From Phoronis australis (taxonomy: Eukaryota > Animalia > Phoronida), in contig NMRA01000861.1 in NCBI GenBank assembly GCA_002633005.1, positions 53,589-116,991 of the forward strand: a stretch of DNA of 63,403 nucleotides, read 5' to 3'. Below are positions 24,445 to 38,016 of this stretch, in pieces. The first letter of the stretch is position 1. Each line of letters starts with the position of its first letter. A program made the translations under genes and the position numbers. Under the pieces are notes generated by a model that was not told the DNA's origin, ran no database searches, and saw only the letters and a program-made list of their open reading frames with translations.

Positions 24445-27400
24445 AGGAGCATGCCACCCAAAAAACAACCTAATTTGAATCAATTTAGATCAAGTAGTTC
24501 TACTCCAAAACGACACGTACTCTGGAGTTCCGAATAGTAGTAGAGATAGCAATAATAGTATAGACTGGAAAATTTCACGATTTTTAATAATAGTAGAGAC
24601 TCTAATAATAGTATAGACCCAACATTTTTGCCACTAGAAAAGTAGATTAATCGTATAGACTGGAAATTGTCGAAAAAAAATTAATAATAGTATAGAATGG
24701 AATAATGGTATAGACGGCAAATTTGTGGAAATTTAAACATAGTGTAGACTGGAATAATAATATTGGTTACAAATTTAGGTAAAATCCAATAATGATATAG
24801 AAGAGAATAATAATGCAAAACAGCAAATTCTAAGGAATAATGGTATAGACGGGAAATTTGTGGAAAATTAAAAATAATATAGACTGGAATAATAACATTG
24901 ATTACAAATTTGCGTAAAATCTAGTAACGGTGGATGAAAATAATAGGAAGTGCAAAATCTAATAATGATGTAGATGGGATTGGAATAATAATGCGTAGAA
25001 GCATATTCTGTCTGACTTACCACCGCTATAAGTAATTGTTTCAAAGAAAAACTTTTAAATTGAACATTAGCATATTAGTTAAATTATTGCAGTGGTGTAC
25101 CCACACATGCCATAACATAGTACAGTGAAGTGGAATAAAGTATCATTGCTAAAACAAAGACCATTCGTTTATTGAATAACTTTAAATGGAAGTCTATATA
25201 GATGTGTTTCAAACAGTATACATTATCATTTTACTCAAAAAAGAATGTGACATTCATACTAGAGATGCCAATGTCGACTAAGTCCAAAAATTATAACAAG
25301 GAGGTAAAGATTTCAGCAGCAACATCCAGTCTTCCACGAAGCCGACAGTCTGAATAAAGTGTCTTGGTAAAACGAGTCGCATTTTTATCATACATATTCC
25401 TGACAGTCGAGCCTTTGTTTCTCTCAATCTCATGTCTTGCACAACGTTCATAGTCAATACCCTCGGAATATTAGTCAGAATTCGACGTCAAAAAGTCGGT
25501 ACATCCAAAATTTTACACGGCCAGAAATTGAGATTTCTTGCAAAACGTTCGAGTCTACGACCACAACTACGCCCACCATCTTGAATGTCTAATTAGGTAT
25601 AATAAACAAACCGATTCACATGCGCTTTTCCATTTATTTGGACGGGAGAGCAAGTAGAAATGAATTTCAATAGATATTGACTGGATTGTTGAACGTTAGC
25701 AACTATGTCATTTTCAAGATTGTCACAGGTCCATTCTTCCTGTTCATAAAAACAATCTATTCTCAAGTTTGGAGCGAATTGTAAAAATGCTGATGTCCGA
25801 TGTTGTCGGCAACTTGTTGGTACTTTTGGAACCTAGTTCCTAGGTTGATTGAAAGGTTCGGCACCGTTCATTAACTGCACGGGTATTTGCGCTTCGTCGA
25901 CTTGCCGCGTTATCACCACGGTCCGTATCTGTAGCTGGATTATTTGTCGTACCAGCATCTGAATCAATGTCTGTATCTGGAACATCTCTCGGTTTGTAAA
26001 ATAATCCTCGAATTCTTTAGGCCTTTTCGCGGAAGACGACATGATTAAGTATGTAGAATGCGCATGTCAAAAATGACGAAAACCGCAGATGACACTGGCT
26101 GTGCAAAATCCCGGAATTACTCCCCCGGAAACCCAAACTTAGGGACAGACACAGTGAACACTTGGTACGGCTTGCCAGTTTTTCACAGGGTGCAATCATG
26201 AATATTGGATCACCCAAAGAAACTCGTCGAAAGCGTTTTTATTCATATGCACATCGAGCTGCCGGTAACACCGGTCTGTGTCACGGGGTGCGCGGAATAT
26301 TAAAAAAGGCACTTTTTGTGCATTAATTTCATCATTTCTGATGGCCTATTTCTTTGAGCAACTGCCGACCAGCCGTTAATATTAAGAGAAGTGGTAATCA
26401 TTTCAAGCTTTTTAAATTTTGCCAACACTTTAATTCTGACCGATCCCCTCGAACCCGTCCTAAATAACATTCTGGCTGTCCAACAGAAGGCCGCTGTGTA
26501 AACCATTGCTTGGGAGACCGATTATTTTACACTTTGAAACATACAGTTGTATATTTTATTGAATAAAATCTTTTAATGTGTATGACATGTGACTTCCGTG
26601 TGTAACGCGGAGTCGTATATAGCTCTTCTAAATTACGAAATCTGAACCGAGTGTCTCGTGGTCTAGAGATTTTGAGCGAAATAACCACGTCTTACGGCCA
26701 AGGTACGATACCCGGTGTCTATATCTAAGTTTTGGAGTAACAAATTTGTAATGAATGAGAATTTGCTAAAACTAATAATCGTGGAGAGTGGAAAAAAGTT
26801 AGAAAATTAATAAACGTAGAGACCCGAATAAGCGTCGTATAGACCGGAAAACGAGTCTGAAAAAAAAATTTATAGATACGACTATTCGGAACTCGAGAGT
26901 ACTGTTGCGTTACCTGACACCTGACGGCAGACAGACGTGTTGAAATTATCCAATGACGTCATCAGTTTCACACGAAGTCTGTTCAGCAGTTCACAACATG
27001 GGTTACTGGTGTCAGCTTATCGCTTGAAGTCATCGTTTAACACCAATAAATCATGAAATTTCGATGTAAATCCCTTAAAAATGGTTCTTATAAAAACATG
27101 TCATTTTATTTCGCTCTTACGGCTTGATTGATATTTGGACACACCGTAGCCTACAAAATTCGGCAGGCCAATAAGGTCCGTAGCAGGAGTTAGGGGGTCT
27201 GTTCGGAGACAATTTCGAAGTATTTTCCGTGAGATACAGACAGGAGAACCTAGATCTGTGTTGTTTAGACCTGTGATTTTTTGAGTTATAAACACAAAAC
27301 GCTTGTTAACCTGGCCAGCGGCTTGGAACCCGATCAGGGCTGTCGCGGCCGGCCGGATTGACTCATTGTTATCCTGGCCAGTGGCTCGGAAACTGATCAG

Positions 27401-28509
27401 ACATCACCAACATAAACCACCCAAAGTTCAGTGGAAACTTAACTTCCAGGCAAGAAAATACTATACTTGTGCGCCAAAGTAATGTGCACGTGATTATCGT
27501 TGGTGAATTAGCCACAAAACTGCAAATCTACTTCACTCGTCGGGGGCCGCGAATTCAGGTTCCGCTTTGGCCACAGCACCGTCAGGGCAGAAGTTGTACA
27601 TCGACGATCATTATTTGAGTAACGTAAATGTAAATACAGATTCCCCTAACACCTGGCTGTGAGATGGAAGTCGAGTTGTTTCACAACAGTTTCTGCCAGC
27701 AAACACCGAATTAACATGACCTCACATGGCCTCAGTGTCCCGTCAATTAGTTTTATTGCACCTAAAGCCAGTAACGCAATGATTTATTCATTGCTGGCTT
27801 CTCATATCATTTGCACTCATGAACAGTCCAAAGGCATTATAAATTGCATCTAATGAGACACATTTGTTTCAGTTTTATATAAGTATTGGTTAGGGTGAGC
27901 ATAATTCATTTCGAAACAGAACGCTCAGTAATAAACGCCAACATGGCAACTCACAATCCCGACTTAGGACGAGCTAGAGCTCATCAGTCCCGACTTCGAA
28001 AGTGGATCGTTAAGTTTTACAGGCTATCAATTCGAACAGGAATACAGTGATGAAGAAATACAAGAGAGGCGCCGTGAACAAGCCCAGACAACGGAACGCA
28101 TGGAGTTATTTGGTAAGTCGGCATTCGTCACTAGGCACTGTCGACGTCTGCAGGCCACAGACACGGAGATGTTTCACGGCCTCATACTTGCTATTTACAG
28201 TGTACATTTCATTCTTCAATATCATGAGCCACTTCCTAAGCATTTCGAACTGTCGAGGAAGTAAAAAAAAAACCGATGTACTTGCTTTCCTCGCAGCTGC
28301 TTAGTTCGGACAAGCGGGAATGATGCACCGCAACATAGCGGCATTCATTCTGCATATGAACCAATGACGTCGCTAGCGTCGTTTCTCACCTTCGTCACAG
28401 GTTAACGTGACAGCTCTTGGCAAGGTAAGGTCGACCGTATGCGAGGCCATGTGGATATAGACCGATTAAGACGGCAAAAAAGACTAATTAAATCGGGTGG
28501 CATTCTCCC
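24445..28509 (-). mobile_element. Kolobok family A complete non-autonomous copy with a nested insertion
   Basis: TTAA-AGGAGCATGCCACCC ... GGGTGGCATTCTCCC-TTAA; THAP remnant at ~28150-28350. Confidence 0.85.
24520..26899. mobile_element. Tc1/mariner-like non-autonomous element with subterminal repeat arrays
   Basis: TA TSD; TIRs CTCTGGAGTTCCGAATAGT / ACTATTCGGAACTCGAGAG; the empty site is visible in the 50806 Kolobok copy (~52651); many AATAATAGTATAGAC units in 24540-24990. Confidence 0.8.
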
Positions 28510-30411
28510 TTAAAACAACTTTGATTTAATTACCAGAAAGCAAAATTTGTAGCTGAGACAGTATTATTCTAAACTGACAGCGACTTAAGAGACTTATAAT
28601 TGATAAAAATTCAGGCTTACATTAGAGCCCATAGCCTAAACTCTGTATTCGATACACAACTCGAAAATTGTCGAGCAATTCCATGACATGAGCAAACATA
28701 AGATTTGCACTCCAATCACGTGATTTGACTAGCTAATTTTTTGAGGTTGTGAGTTCAAGTAATGTGCCTGGACCATGTAGACTGCAAGTAACCATTTTCT
28801 CCTAACCTGCACAGTCTAAGATGGAAATACAGAGAAAAGTGGCCATCAATAACTGAATAAGTTTAGCACACCTATTCTTTCTTTTAAAACTTAATGGAAT
28901 ACAAAAGATCAACTTACGGTTACAGGGGCCCCTGCAGGTGGTCAGTATTCTCCTAACTGGAAAAGATAAACAAAAGTAATAAGACATTCTCAAGTATAGC
29001 CATCTTGACCAAGACTTACCCCAAGCCCCCCACTGTACTCAGTACGACCAACACTGATATGAGTTTTCTAATAAAGCTATAGGCATGGCCAGGTGAAGTC
29101 CCTAACACATCCTACAAATATCTCTCTCCCCCCTCTCCAGCCACAATTCTTTACACTAACTGCTAAATTGTTTTGCTAGTTGAAATCGATCTAAAGGCCT
29201 TTTTGTACTTAATTCCGGTCTGAGAAGAGTGTCAACATGCACTGCGAAGTTAATTGAATTGTTTATACCGGCTTTGGATGTCTAGGTAAACTGTAGCTGA
29301 CGATGTTGTCATCGAAAAAATCGCAACGTAGTGCAGATGCAACACTTGTACACCAGGATTTTTTAATGTGATAATTTGGGAACATTGACATGTGCTAATT
29401 GACACAAAAACCTATTTCTAATTTGATTGGTGACCATTCAAGCAAAATATGAGCAGCTTTTAGCGATGACACTACCCTGTAATTGTTGATGATAACAGTG
29501 ACCCCTTACAATAACTTCATCGATGTAACCGAAGTTGATCATTCATACTACACCGCAGCGTCGACGCTGCGCTTGTCTAATGTGAAGTCAACTGGCACAG
29601 TTAACTTCGATTCAGGACCGAAGTTAACCCTACATACTGACTGCAACTCACCAAAACATCGACATGACGACGTTAGAATGAAAGGGCCTTAGCAGTTTCA
29701 ACTACACGTTAAAACAACAACATGGTGTAACTAGTCCGGGTCAGCGTGAATCAGTACTACAAAGTGCAACAAATCGCAGAACAAAAACTGAACAGCTGAT
29801 CGAATTGAGGCTCTTCAAAATAATTCGGGTCCGATGTATGCTGACTGAGATCTGCAGTTACCCATCAGTGAATGCTCTAACCGTGTATACGAGCCACTGA
29901 ACATTTCAAAAACAGCATACTTACTGACTTGTACTTGTCCATCGAAAGCCTTGTATTGTTGTAATGTAAAACCTTCATGAGTTCGAACATTCAGTCTTGT
30001 CCTCATTGTTTCTCACCTATCGAACGAGTCGCTTGTACAGGTCCACGGTTTGTTGGTAATGCCGCTTGTTGTACTGGCTAACACGGCTTTTTCTGAATCT
30101 CGTAGAGCAGGACGACAGCGTTTCGCCTTCGGACGTACACTACATAGACCTACTAGTTTCCGTCATTTGTATTAATTCTGTTGACCTCTAGATCTATGGC
30201 TGCGCATGCGTTGTTGTAATGTTTACATCTATTAGAACATCCTGGATACTATATTCTTTGTAAACATTTCATTCGTTTGAAGTATTTACGTTTTTTTTCA
30301 AAAATTTTGCACACGTTGAAAGTTAATAACTTTTCGAACTCCCTGTCACATCAAAAAACTGGCTTAAACGGCATTAAGAGGTTTTTTTCTTCTGTAACTC
30401 CCGAGGACCAT

Positions 30412-30763
30412 TGTAATATAATGAGACACTGCTCTCCACGTGTATGTAAACATGTCTTAAAATATTCCCAGGGGATGTTCATACTCCTCCACGTGCATGC
30501 AAACATGTCTTAAAATATTCTCAGGGGATGTGTATACTTCAGTGGTAGTCGAGATTTCTAAAGGATGTACATATCTCTAGAGTGGCAATTATATGGAGAT
30601 TTCTCACGGGATAGGCACATTCCTGGTGTAGCAAATCTGAGAAGAGTGGCAGTTATGCAAGAATTTTCTATAGGATAGTCAATTAGCTGGTTGTAAGAGA
30701 GATGTACTAAAAGAGGTGGGACCATCACGTGATGGCTCCAAAGGTATTATTTAAGACACTAAC
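30412..30763 (+). repeat. 5' LTR (visible part, cut by the gap)
   Basis: Nearly identical to 39070-39423; contains an internal ~57 bp tandem duplication. Confidence 0.95.
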
Positions 30764-31254
30764 NNNNNNNNNNNNNNNNNNNNNNNNNNNNNNNNNNNNN
30801 NNNNNNNNNNNNNNNNNNNNNNNNNNNNNNNNNNNNNNNNNNNNNNNNNNNNNNNNNNNNNNNNNNNNNNNNNNNNNNNNNNNNNNNNNNNNNNNNNNNN
30901 NNNNNNNNNNNNNNNNNNNNNNNNNNNNNNNNNNNNNNNNNNNNNNNNNNNNNNNNNNNNNNNNNNNNNNNNNNNNNNNNNNNNNNNNNNNNNNNNNNNN
31001 NNNNNNNNNNNNNNNNNNNNNNNNNNNNNNNNNNNNNNNNNNNNNNNNNNNNNNNNNNNNNNNNNNNNNNNNNNNNNNNNNNNNNNNNNNNNNNNNNNNN
31101 NNNNNNNNNNNNNNNNNNNNNNNNNNNNNNNNNNNNNNNNNNNNNNNNNNNNNNNNNNNNNNNNNNNNNNNNNNNNNNNNNNNNNNNNNNNNNNNNNNNN
31201 NNNNNNNNNNNNNNNNNNNNNNNNNNNNNNNNNNNNNNNNNNNNNNNNNNNNNN
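30764..31254. other. Assembly gap hiding the rest of the 5' LTR, the PBS and most of gag
   Basis: 491 N; ~470 bp of LTR alone is missing, so the true gap is probably longer. Confidence 0.95.
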
Positions 31255-31674
31255 GGGCTCCGGGACGTGAGAATAAGAGAGCACGTCCTACGTTCAGGCC
31301 CAACAACTCTCAGGGACGCCCTTAAAGTTGCTGTCCAAGAAATACACCTATGGGCGCGAATGAATTTAAAACCAGGAGATAACAGGGAAATCAGCCCCAT
31401 GGACATAGATAAAGTATCCCCTCCTCAAAGATGCAGGATTTGCAACAGAACAAATCATAGGACGAGGGACTGCCGGCCGCCCAGAACTGTTAACGCTCTA
31501 GACAAAGAACCAATCAGATGTTTCTTTTGTAAAAAACCTGGCCACATGAAACGTGACTGTTTTAGTTTTAAAAGATTTTTGGCCGCCCAAGCGAATCAGA
31601 AGCCAGTTAATTACTCTGACAACCCAAGCCCTGCTGATACCACACCACATGACGTTAACCCACAGGGAAACTAA
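31255..31674 (+). CDS. gag: Gag C-terminus with two CCHC zinc knuckles (5' partial)
   Basis: SPMDID, CRICNRTNHRTRDC, CFFCKKPGHMKRDC. Confidence 0.9.
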   Translation, partial: GLRDVRIREHVLRSGPTTLRDALKVAVQEIHLWARMNLKPGDNREISPMDIDKVSPPQRCRICNRTNHRTRDCRPPRTVNALDKEPIRCFFCKKPGHMKRDCFSFKRFLAAQANQKPVNYSDNPSPADTTPHDVNPQGN

Positions 31675-31739
31675 TGTGCACTGACTCGAGAGCTTCCGCG
31701 GGTCAGGATGATGTTGTAACTTTATGTTTTTTGGGAAGC
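31665..31739 (+). promoter_or_regulatory. -1 ribosomal frameshift signal at the gag-pol junction
   Basis: In-frame G GGA AAC directly before the gag TAA; pol is in the -1 frame; stem CTGACTCG/CGGGTCAG at 31681-31706. Confidence 0.75.
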
Positions 31740-34700
31740 GAAGATAGTATTCACGTACAGGTGGGACAGACGCGAGTCAGAGCGTTAATTGACTCGGGTG
31801 CTGCAATATCCGTTATTTCGGAAGTTACATTTGAAGAGCTTAAACGAAAAGACTTGGTAGAAATAGTTAATCGAAAACCTGTAGTTCAGACAGCGAATAA
31901 TCAACGTTTGAATGTCCTCGCTTGTGTCCTGTTAAGCTTAAAAATCGGAAACAATATTCTCAAGCATGAATTCGTGGTGATTCGAGATGTAAATCGAAGA
32001 ATGATAATTGGAAAAGACTTTCTTCATAAAAATAACTGTTGTGTCTACTTTGATCTCAGAATGTTACGAATAAAAGAATTTTACACACCCTTAATTCAAG
32101 ATTCGCTGGTTAAGTCTTATGTTAGAATAATCAAAGAAATTATAGTTAAACCTTATTCCAAGGTTGTATGTCGTGCCAGAAGCTGCGCCGCCAGGGGTAG
32201 CAAAAGACAACAAATATTCCAGGTGTCACCTTTAGCAACCGGATTCCTAAATGCAGAACCTGGCTTATCAGTTTCGAACGCAGTAATAAAGCCGGGCAAG
32301 GCCGGAAAATTCCCGGTGGAAATAATCAATAATTCTGGCCGATATATCAAGATAAAACGAGGAGTTGCAGTAGGACAGGTTGAAGAACTAAGTAATGCAA
32401 ATATTGTGAATGTGCTAGAGAAATCAACATCAGCCCAGTCGGCTAGTAAACAAACGTTGGACTTATCCGATATTGATACACCTGATGAGTAGGTTAGCTT
32501 AGTGAAAACGTTATTAAAACAAAATAGCGATGTTTTCGCAGCAACCGATCTCGATTTGGGGAAAACAAACACGGTACAAATGCGCATAGACGTACCGGAC
32601 GGCACAGTTGTCAAACAGAGGCCTTATCGGCTTCTGATAGCAAAACAACAAATAGCTAAAGAAGCGGTGGATAAAATGCTTACTGCGAAGGTCATAGAAC
32701 CATCTCGATCCAACTTTTGCTCACCTATAGTATTAGTAACCAAAAAGGATGGTAGCGTAAGGTTTTGTGTAGACTATAGGAAACTAAACAGTGTAACTAA
32801 AGGTTATTCGTTCTTTCTACCGAAAATTGATGACATATTGAACGATCTTAGGGGTTCAAGTATTTATAGTTCATTGGACTTACGTAGTGGTTTCTGGCAG
32901 ATTCAAATGCACCCTGATGACAAAGAAAAGACCGCTTTCTCTCCAGGATTTTCAACTGGTCACAATCTTTACCAATTTCAAGTTATGCCATTCGGACTTT
33001 GCAATAGTCCCAGTTTCTTCCAAGAACTTATGTCAATCGTTTTAGAAGGACTTCCTTTTGCTCGGGCCTATAACGATGATTGCATTATTTACAGTAAAAG
33101 TGTCGCTGAACACGTTGAACATCTGAAAATCGTTTTCCAACGTCTCAGAGAACATAATTTGAAGTTGAAATTGTCCAAATGCCAATTTCTTAAGCCTCAA
33201 ACGAACTATCTGGGCTTCATAGTAGATAAAGAAGGGATCCGCCCAGACCCAGCCAAAATTTCGGCTATTAGATCAATGAAACGACCAGCCTCGGTAAAAG
33301 AAGTAAGGGCACTACAAGGAATCCTGTCATATTATCGAAGGTTTATTCCTAACTTGGCAGGCATTATGACTCCATTGACTGAACTGACCAAGAAATATGC
33401 CAGATTTAAATGGACACCTGAATGCGAAAACGCTTTTAAATTTATCAAAGAACATCTTTCCGCAGTTCCGATGCTAAATTATCCTGATCCCAAATTGAGT
33501 TATATTATATACACCGATGCGAGTGATTTTGCAATTGGGGCCTGTTTGGTACAAAAGTGTCAAGATGAAGATGTTGAAAAACCTATCTACTTTATGTCAC
33601 AAAAATTGACTGACACGCAAAAGCGTTGGGCAACCATTGAAAAGGAATGTTTTGCAGTATTGATGGCCCTTAAGAAATTCGAACACTACATTTGCAATTC
33701 CAAAATCACGCTTTTCACGGACCATATGCCTCTCATTTATTTGCTTAAAAGCGACATACAAAATAAGAAAGTGGCGCAATGGTCGGTACTTATCTCGGCT
33801 TATGATGTTGAAATTAAGCATATTCCGGGCAAGGATAACACGATAGCTGACCTGTTGAGCAGAGCGCCCTCCAACGATGATAATGCGATTGACGAGGAAA
33901 CCCTCGACATAGACGATAGGACTTTTGAGGTTCAGGCTCCGATAGCACAAGTTAATGTAGTAGATAACAGCAGAATTGATCCTAAATCTCATGAAATGGA
34001 GAGTCCTCCAATACCTAATTTTACCTCTGAATTGCAAATGCCTAAGTTAGAAATGAATATGCAAGAGGAACAAAAGAAAGATCAAGAGTGTAGGACAATA
34101 ATCGATGAACTGTCGTCTCCTAAGCCTAGCAAAAGAATTGGAAATAAGTATTTACTCAAAGAAAATGTCCTATATTACGTTTCCGACGATCACGGCGACG
34201 TCAAGGTTTGTCTGTACGTCCCCGAACATTTACAGTCGCTTGTCATCAAACAATATCACGATCAACTGGGGCATGCAGGGATAGATCGAACATATCAGTC
34301 GTCTAGGAACTGTTATTTCTGGCCTAGAATGTTTAAGGACATTGAGAAGTATGTTTCAGAATGCGTTACATGCCAGGAACGAAATCTAAAAACAGTTAAA
34401 TCTCTGCTAGGGGCGTCTAATGTTGTGAACGGCCCCTGGCAACAAGTAGCAATAGATTGTGTCGGTCCTATGAAACCATCACCCAGTGGTAACCGATATA
34501 TTTTGACTCTGACTGATTGGTTTTCAAATTACACGTTGTTGTATCCGATGCCGGATAAGAGTGCCGCCACAATCGCACGAATCCGGACCACTGATATCTT
34601 TTGTAGATTCGGTATAATGAACATTTTGGTCTCAGACAACGGCTCTGAATTTGTAAACAAAACAGTAAAAGATGTTTTGGAATCATTTAACATTCGGCAT

Positions 34701-35795
34701 GTTACCACAAGTTTTTAAAATCCAAAAGCAAATGGCCGAGTCGAACGATCACACAAAGTACTTGGTGACGTTTTGAGTAAATTATGCCGTGAAAATCCAG
34801 AACAATGGGATGTCTATCTCAGTCAAGCAGAGTCATGCTTAAATTTTCATACTAACTATACTGGGTATAGCAGTTATTTTGTTATGTTCGGTAGAGACCC
34901 TAAACTTCTTGTACATAACATAATGCGACCACGTGCTAAGTACGTGGGCGAGGAAGAACATAAGGTTATCCTACAAAACCAACATAGAGTTTTTAGGACA
35001 GTTTATCGAGTGATAAAACACCATCAGAACAAAAGATTAGCTACCGCGAATAAGGATAGAATTTTGGTTGAATTAGAAATTGGCGATCCCGTGTACCTTA
35101 AAAATAATTCTAAAACCAGCAAACTGGACCCTAAGTGGACGGGTTATTGGCGCGTCCTAGAACGACTGTCTGAAAAAACATATGTCATCAGGAATCAGTT
35201 AGATGGGACGGTTACCAAGTCGCACATTGACAACTTGAGGTGGGCACAAATCGACGATTGGAAGGTGAATGACGACGATTATCCACAAATGAGGAGAGCG
35301 CGCTACACCGTCCCTCCCAGCTCTAGTGAAGAAAGCGATGTGTCTGACGACGAACCACAGCAACGTCTGCAGGATCATTTGCGCCAAATGAAGGGGGATT
35401 CATCTTCAGATGACTCTGACGTTCCCTTAGCGGAACCTCAAAGAAGACTCCAACAGAGGGGGCAAGTGAAGACGTTGGCTCAGACGAAGCCAGCACCTCA
35501 GATGGAGGATCCAGGGACTCCATCATCTGAAAGCGAAGGACCTGAGTCCAAAGCCAAGTCGGATCCGATGACAGACCCCTCCTCACCAAACGACGAACAG
35601 TCTATGCCGTCGGATGGGACAGATATGGACGTTGCCATGGGACCACGACCAGACGATGATGCCATGGATGTGAACGTCCTCGCGCGATTGGACAAAAGGA
35701 GAAGCCGAAAGTGCAGAAAAACGACCCAAAATTCCTCCGCGGCTTATTTAGATTTGTGTCGCATGATGTTAGAAACATTTAGGAACGGTCGATAA
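31674..35795 (+). pseudogene. pol: pol (protease, RT, RNase H, integrase, acidic tail) with two in-frame stops
   Basis: LIDSGA; RFCVDYR, LDLRSGFWQ, MPFGL, YNDD; TDASD, EKE, TDH; HHCC, IDCVG, SDNG, VERSH; stops at 32490 and 34716 with the frame conserved. Confidence 0.93.
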
Positions 35796-36029
35796 GTAAT
35801 TAAGGTTTCAGATTTCATCAGAACCATTTATTTAGTAGCATACTTATACTTGAATATATTTGAATATTAGAGACGGGGGTGTCTCCCGAAAACGATATAG
35901 CCATGGGCACTCATACGTAACGTATCTGATCTAAGGGTATCCGAGTCAGTTCTCGGCATGGCAAGTACTTTTAGTAGAATGAGGAGCGAGTTAAGTAACC
36001 TCAGTGACTATTGTTGTTTCAGAGAGACA

Positions 36030-38016
36030 ATGCAACGATTAACAGGTTTGCTGTTGTTGGCTGGTATCGTGCAATGCGTCATTGTCAAAAATGGGGTAGT
36101 TTTTGAGAAAATTAATTTATTTTATAGTTCGTGGGGACACTGGTGGGTGACGAGTTTTATTGACCTCAGCGAATTCTCTGAGTTCATGTCCCAGTTTTCC
36201 CGGGACATAGAACGTGCTTACTATACGCATACTCAGGTAAAGAAAAAGTACGCTGACCCCAAAGATGTCAATTTCTTGGGATATTTTTCCAGATTGAGAA
36301 AACAAATTGATGATATCAGATTCACGAAAGAGGCCGTCGACGAGTTGTTGACTGGCTATAACACTTTGGCTCAATTTCGAGGTAACAGAAGCAAACGGAG
36401 TCTTCTGCCTTTCATGGGAAAAATTAGTCATTGGCTATTTGGCACAGCCACTGATGATGATATTAAAGCTATTAGGGAATCGATTGATATGATAGTGAGG
36501 AACCAAAAGAGGATTGTTACTAACGCATTAAAGAGGGTAACCGTAATGAAAGCCACTAGAACCGAAGTAAATAGAAATCGAGAGACCTTGAATGACTTGA
36601 TTCTTTCGACTTATGAAATAGAACAACGTCTTAATAACGTGACTGATATGCTACACGATGAAATACAGGATTTGTCGGTCTTCACCCAGAGTTACATACA
36701 CTTAGAACTCATTTTAAACCATCTGGAATTGGCTGCGCAAAAAGCCTTAGGCTATTTGGCTCCCATTGAAAGTCAAATAGGAATATTGTCTCTGGGACAA
36801 GTTACTCCAGCGGTGGTTCAGCCGGAAGCATTACGCAATATATTAAAGGACATACGAACGAATATTCCACGCCATTTAAAATTACCTTTTGATCCTGACA
36901 GAGTTGTTTCAATATTATAAGTCTCTCCCGTATCATACTGCGTGGGAAAATGGACGAATCTTGGTCACGTTTCGGATTTCATTAATTGACACTTACGCAC
37001 GTATGGAATTATTTCAAATTCATAATTTGCCAGCTCCCTTCCCTAATTCCAACCGCTCTCACATTTTGGCGAAGTATTCATTGGAGGCCACGGCGTTAGC
37101 CATAAACCCAGAACGAACGTCTTATGCCTTACTAGATTATGCCAGCATGAAGGCATGCTCATCGCTTAATTTCTGTGAGACCCGACAACCGTTACGCCCT
37201 GTTAATTTGAGCAAAGATTGTGTGGTGGCTCTGTTCATGAAGTTTGACGATACTATCAAAAGGCTCTGTCGTGTTTTTATTAAAACAAATACAGCCTTAC
37301 CACAGGCCATATATCTGAGATCTGGCTGGTACGCTGTAGTTAGTAACGAGGTTACAAGATTTGCCCTCCTGTGCAACCACAGTCGCACTAACACTAAATC
37401 AGTTACGGTGGACATTGGGGTAAATATGATACACGTCGATTACGGATGCCAGGCCACACATCCAACTATGTCCCTCCTGGGAACTTTTCACAGGGAATCT
37501 AGATACGAACATCCTGATAGCTTCGCTCGAGTTTTGAGAATTCGAAAAGGATCCTTCACGATGTGGTCTCCTTATATTGCAGCCTTTCCTAAACATGTGG
37601 AAGCAAAAATACCGCCATGTCTCGCTCACTTAGCCGAAATTTCCCTGGACGGTTTAGTCACTGATTTACGAAACCTGGAAACTCCAAAACCTTGGACCCC
37701 CGATAATGAATTTTGGTTATAAGTCGCTCTGGGAGTAGCAGCATCGCTATTAATTTTGGGGTTAATTGTTTTCTTGAAACGTAGACAAATTGCACGTGCC
37801 ATACTTGAACAGTATCAGCCTGTGGTAACCGATGGTAGTTGTCCAGTTGCCACTGCACCGCCAGCGTTCGCACTCATGAGCGCACCGAACGATGCCCGAC
37901 AGACGTCACCGGCTGGGGAGAAACCCAGTGCTGACGACCACCCGACCGTATCGACTCAATGGAATGGCAAACCAATCGAGATGAAGCAATTCGTCCGACG
38001 TATGTATCCTACCTAG
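36030..38016 (+). pseudogene. env: env: class I fusion glycoprotein of baculovirus-F/gypsy type; one frameshift (~36900) and one stop (37720)
   Basis: Signal peptide MQRLTGLLLLAGIVQC after a tttcag acceptor (36022); furin site RSKR (36387-36398) followed by fusion peptide SLLPFMGKISHWLFGTA; heptad region; Cys-rich region; TM VALGVAASLLILGLIVFL-KRR. Confidence 0.88.

Larger units (their letters stand above)
22333..30140 (-). other. Candidate multi-exon transcript (small membrane protein or lncRNA)
   Basis: Donors gtgaga (30017), gtaagt (29924, 29019, 28917) and gtttgt (23265); acceptors ttttccag (28957), tcttgcag (23337), cttacag (22425); NRF1-like TGCGCATGCG at ~30201. Confidence 0.4.

Noticed and set aside
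24540-24990. CRISPR-like repeat/spacer array
   Set aside because: Repeats are degenerate with irregular spacing, sit inside a TA-flanked TIR element, and there are no cas genes in this eukaryotic context
25250-26050. Coding relic inside the TA-flanked element
   Set aside because: Multiple stops in all frames and no recognisable motif
30725-31406. Long ORFs containing X runs
   Set aside because: Artefacts of translating the N gap
32153-37873. Minus-strand ORFs within the provirus
   Set aside because: Antisense shadows of pol/env with no motifs
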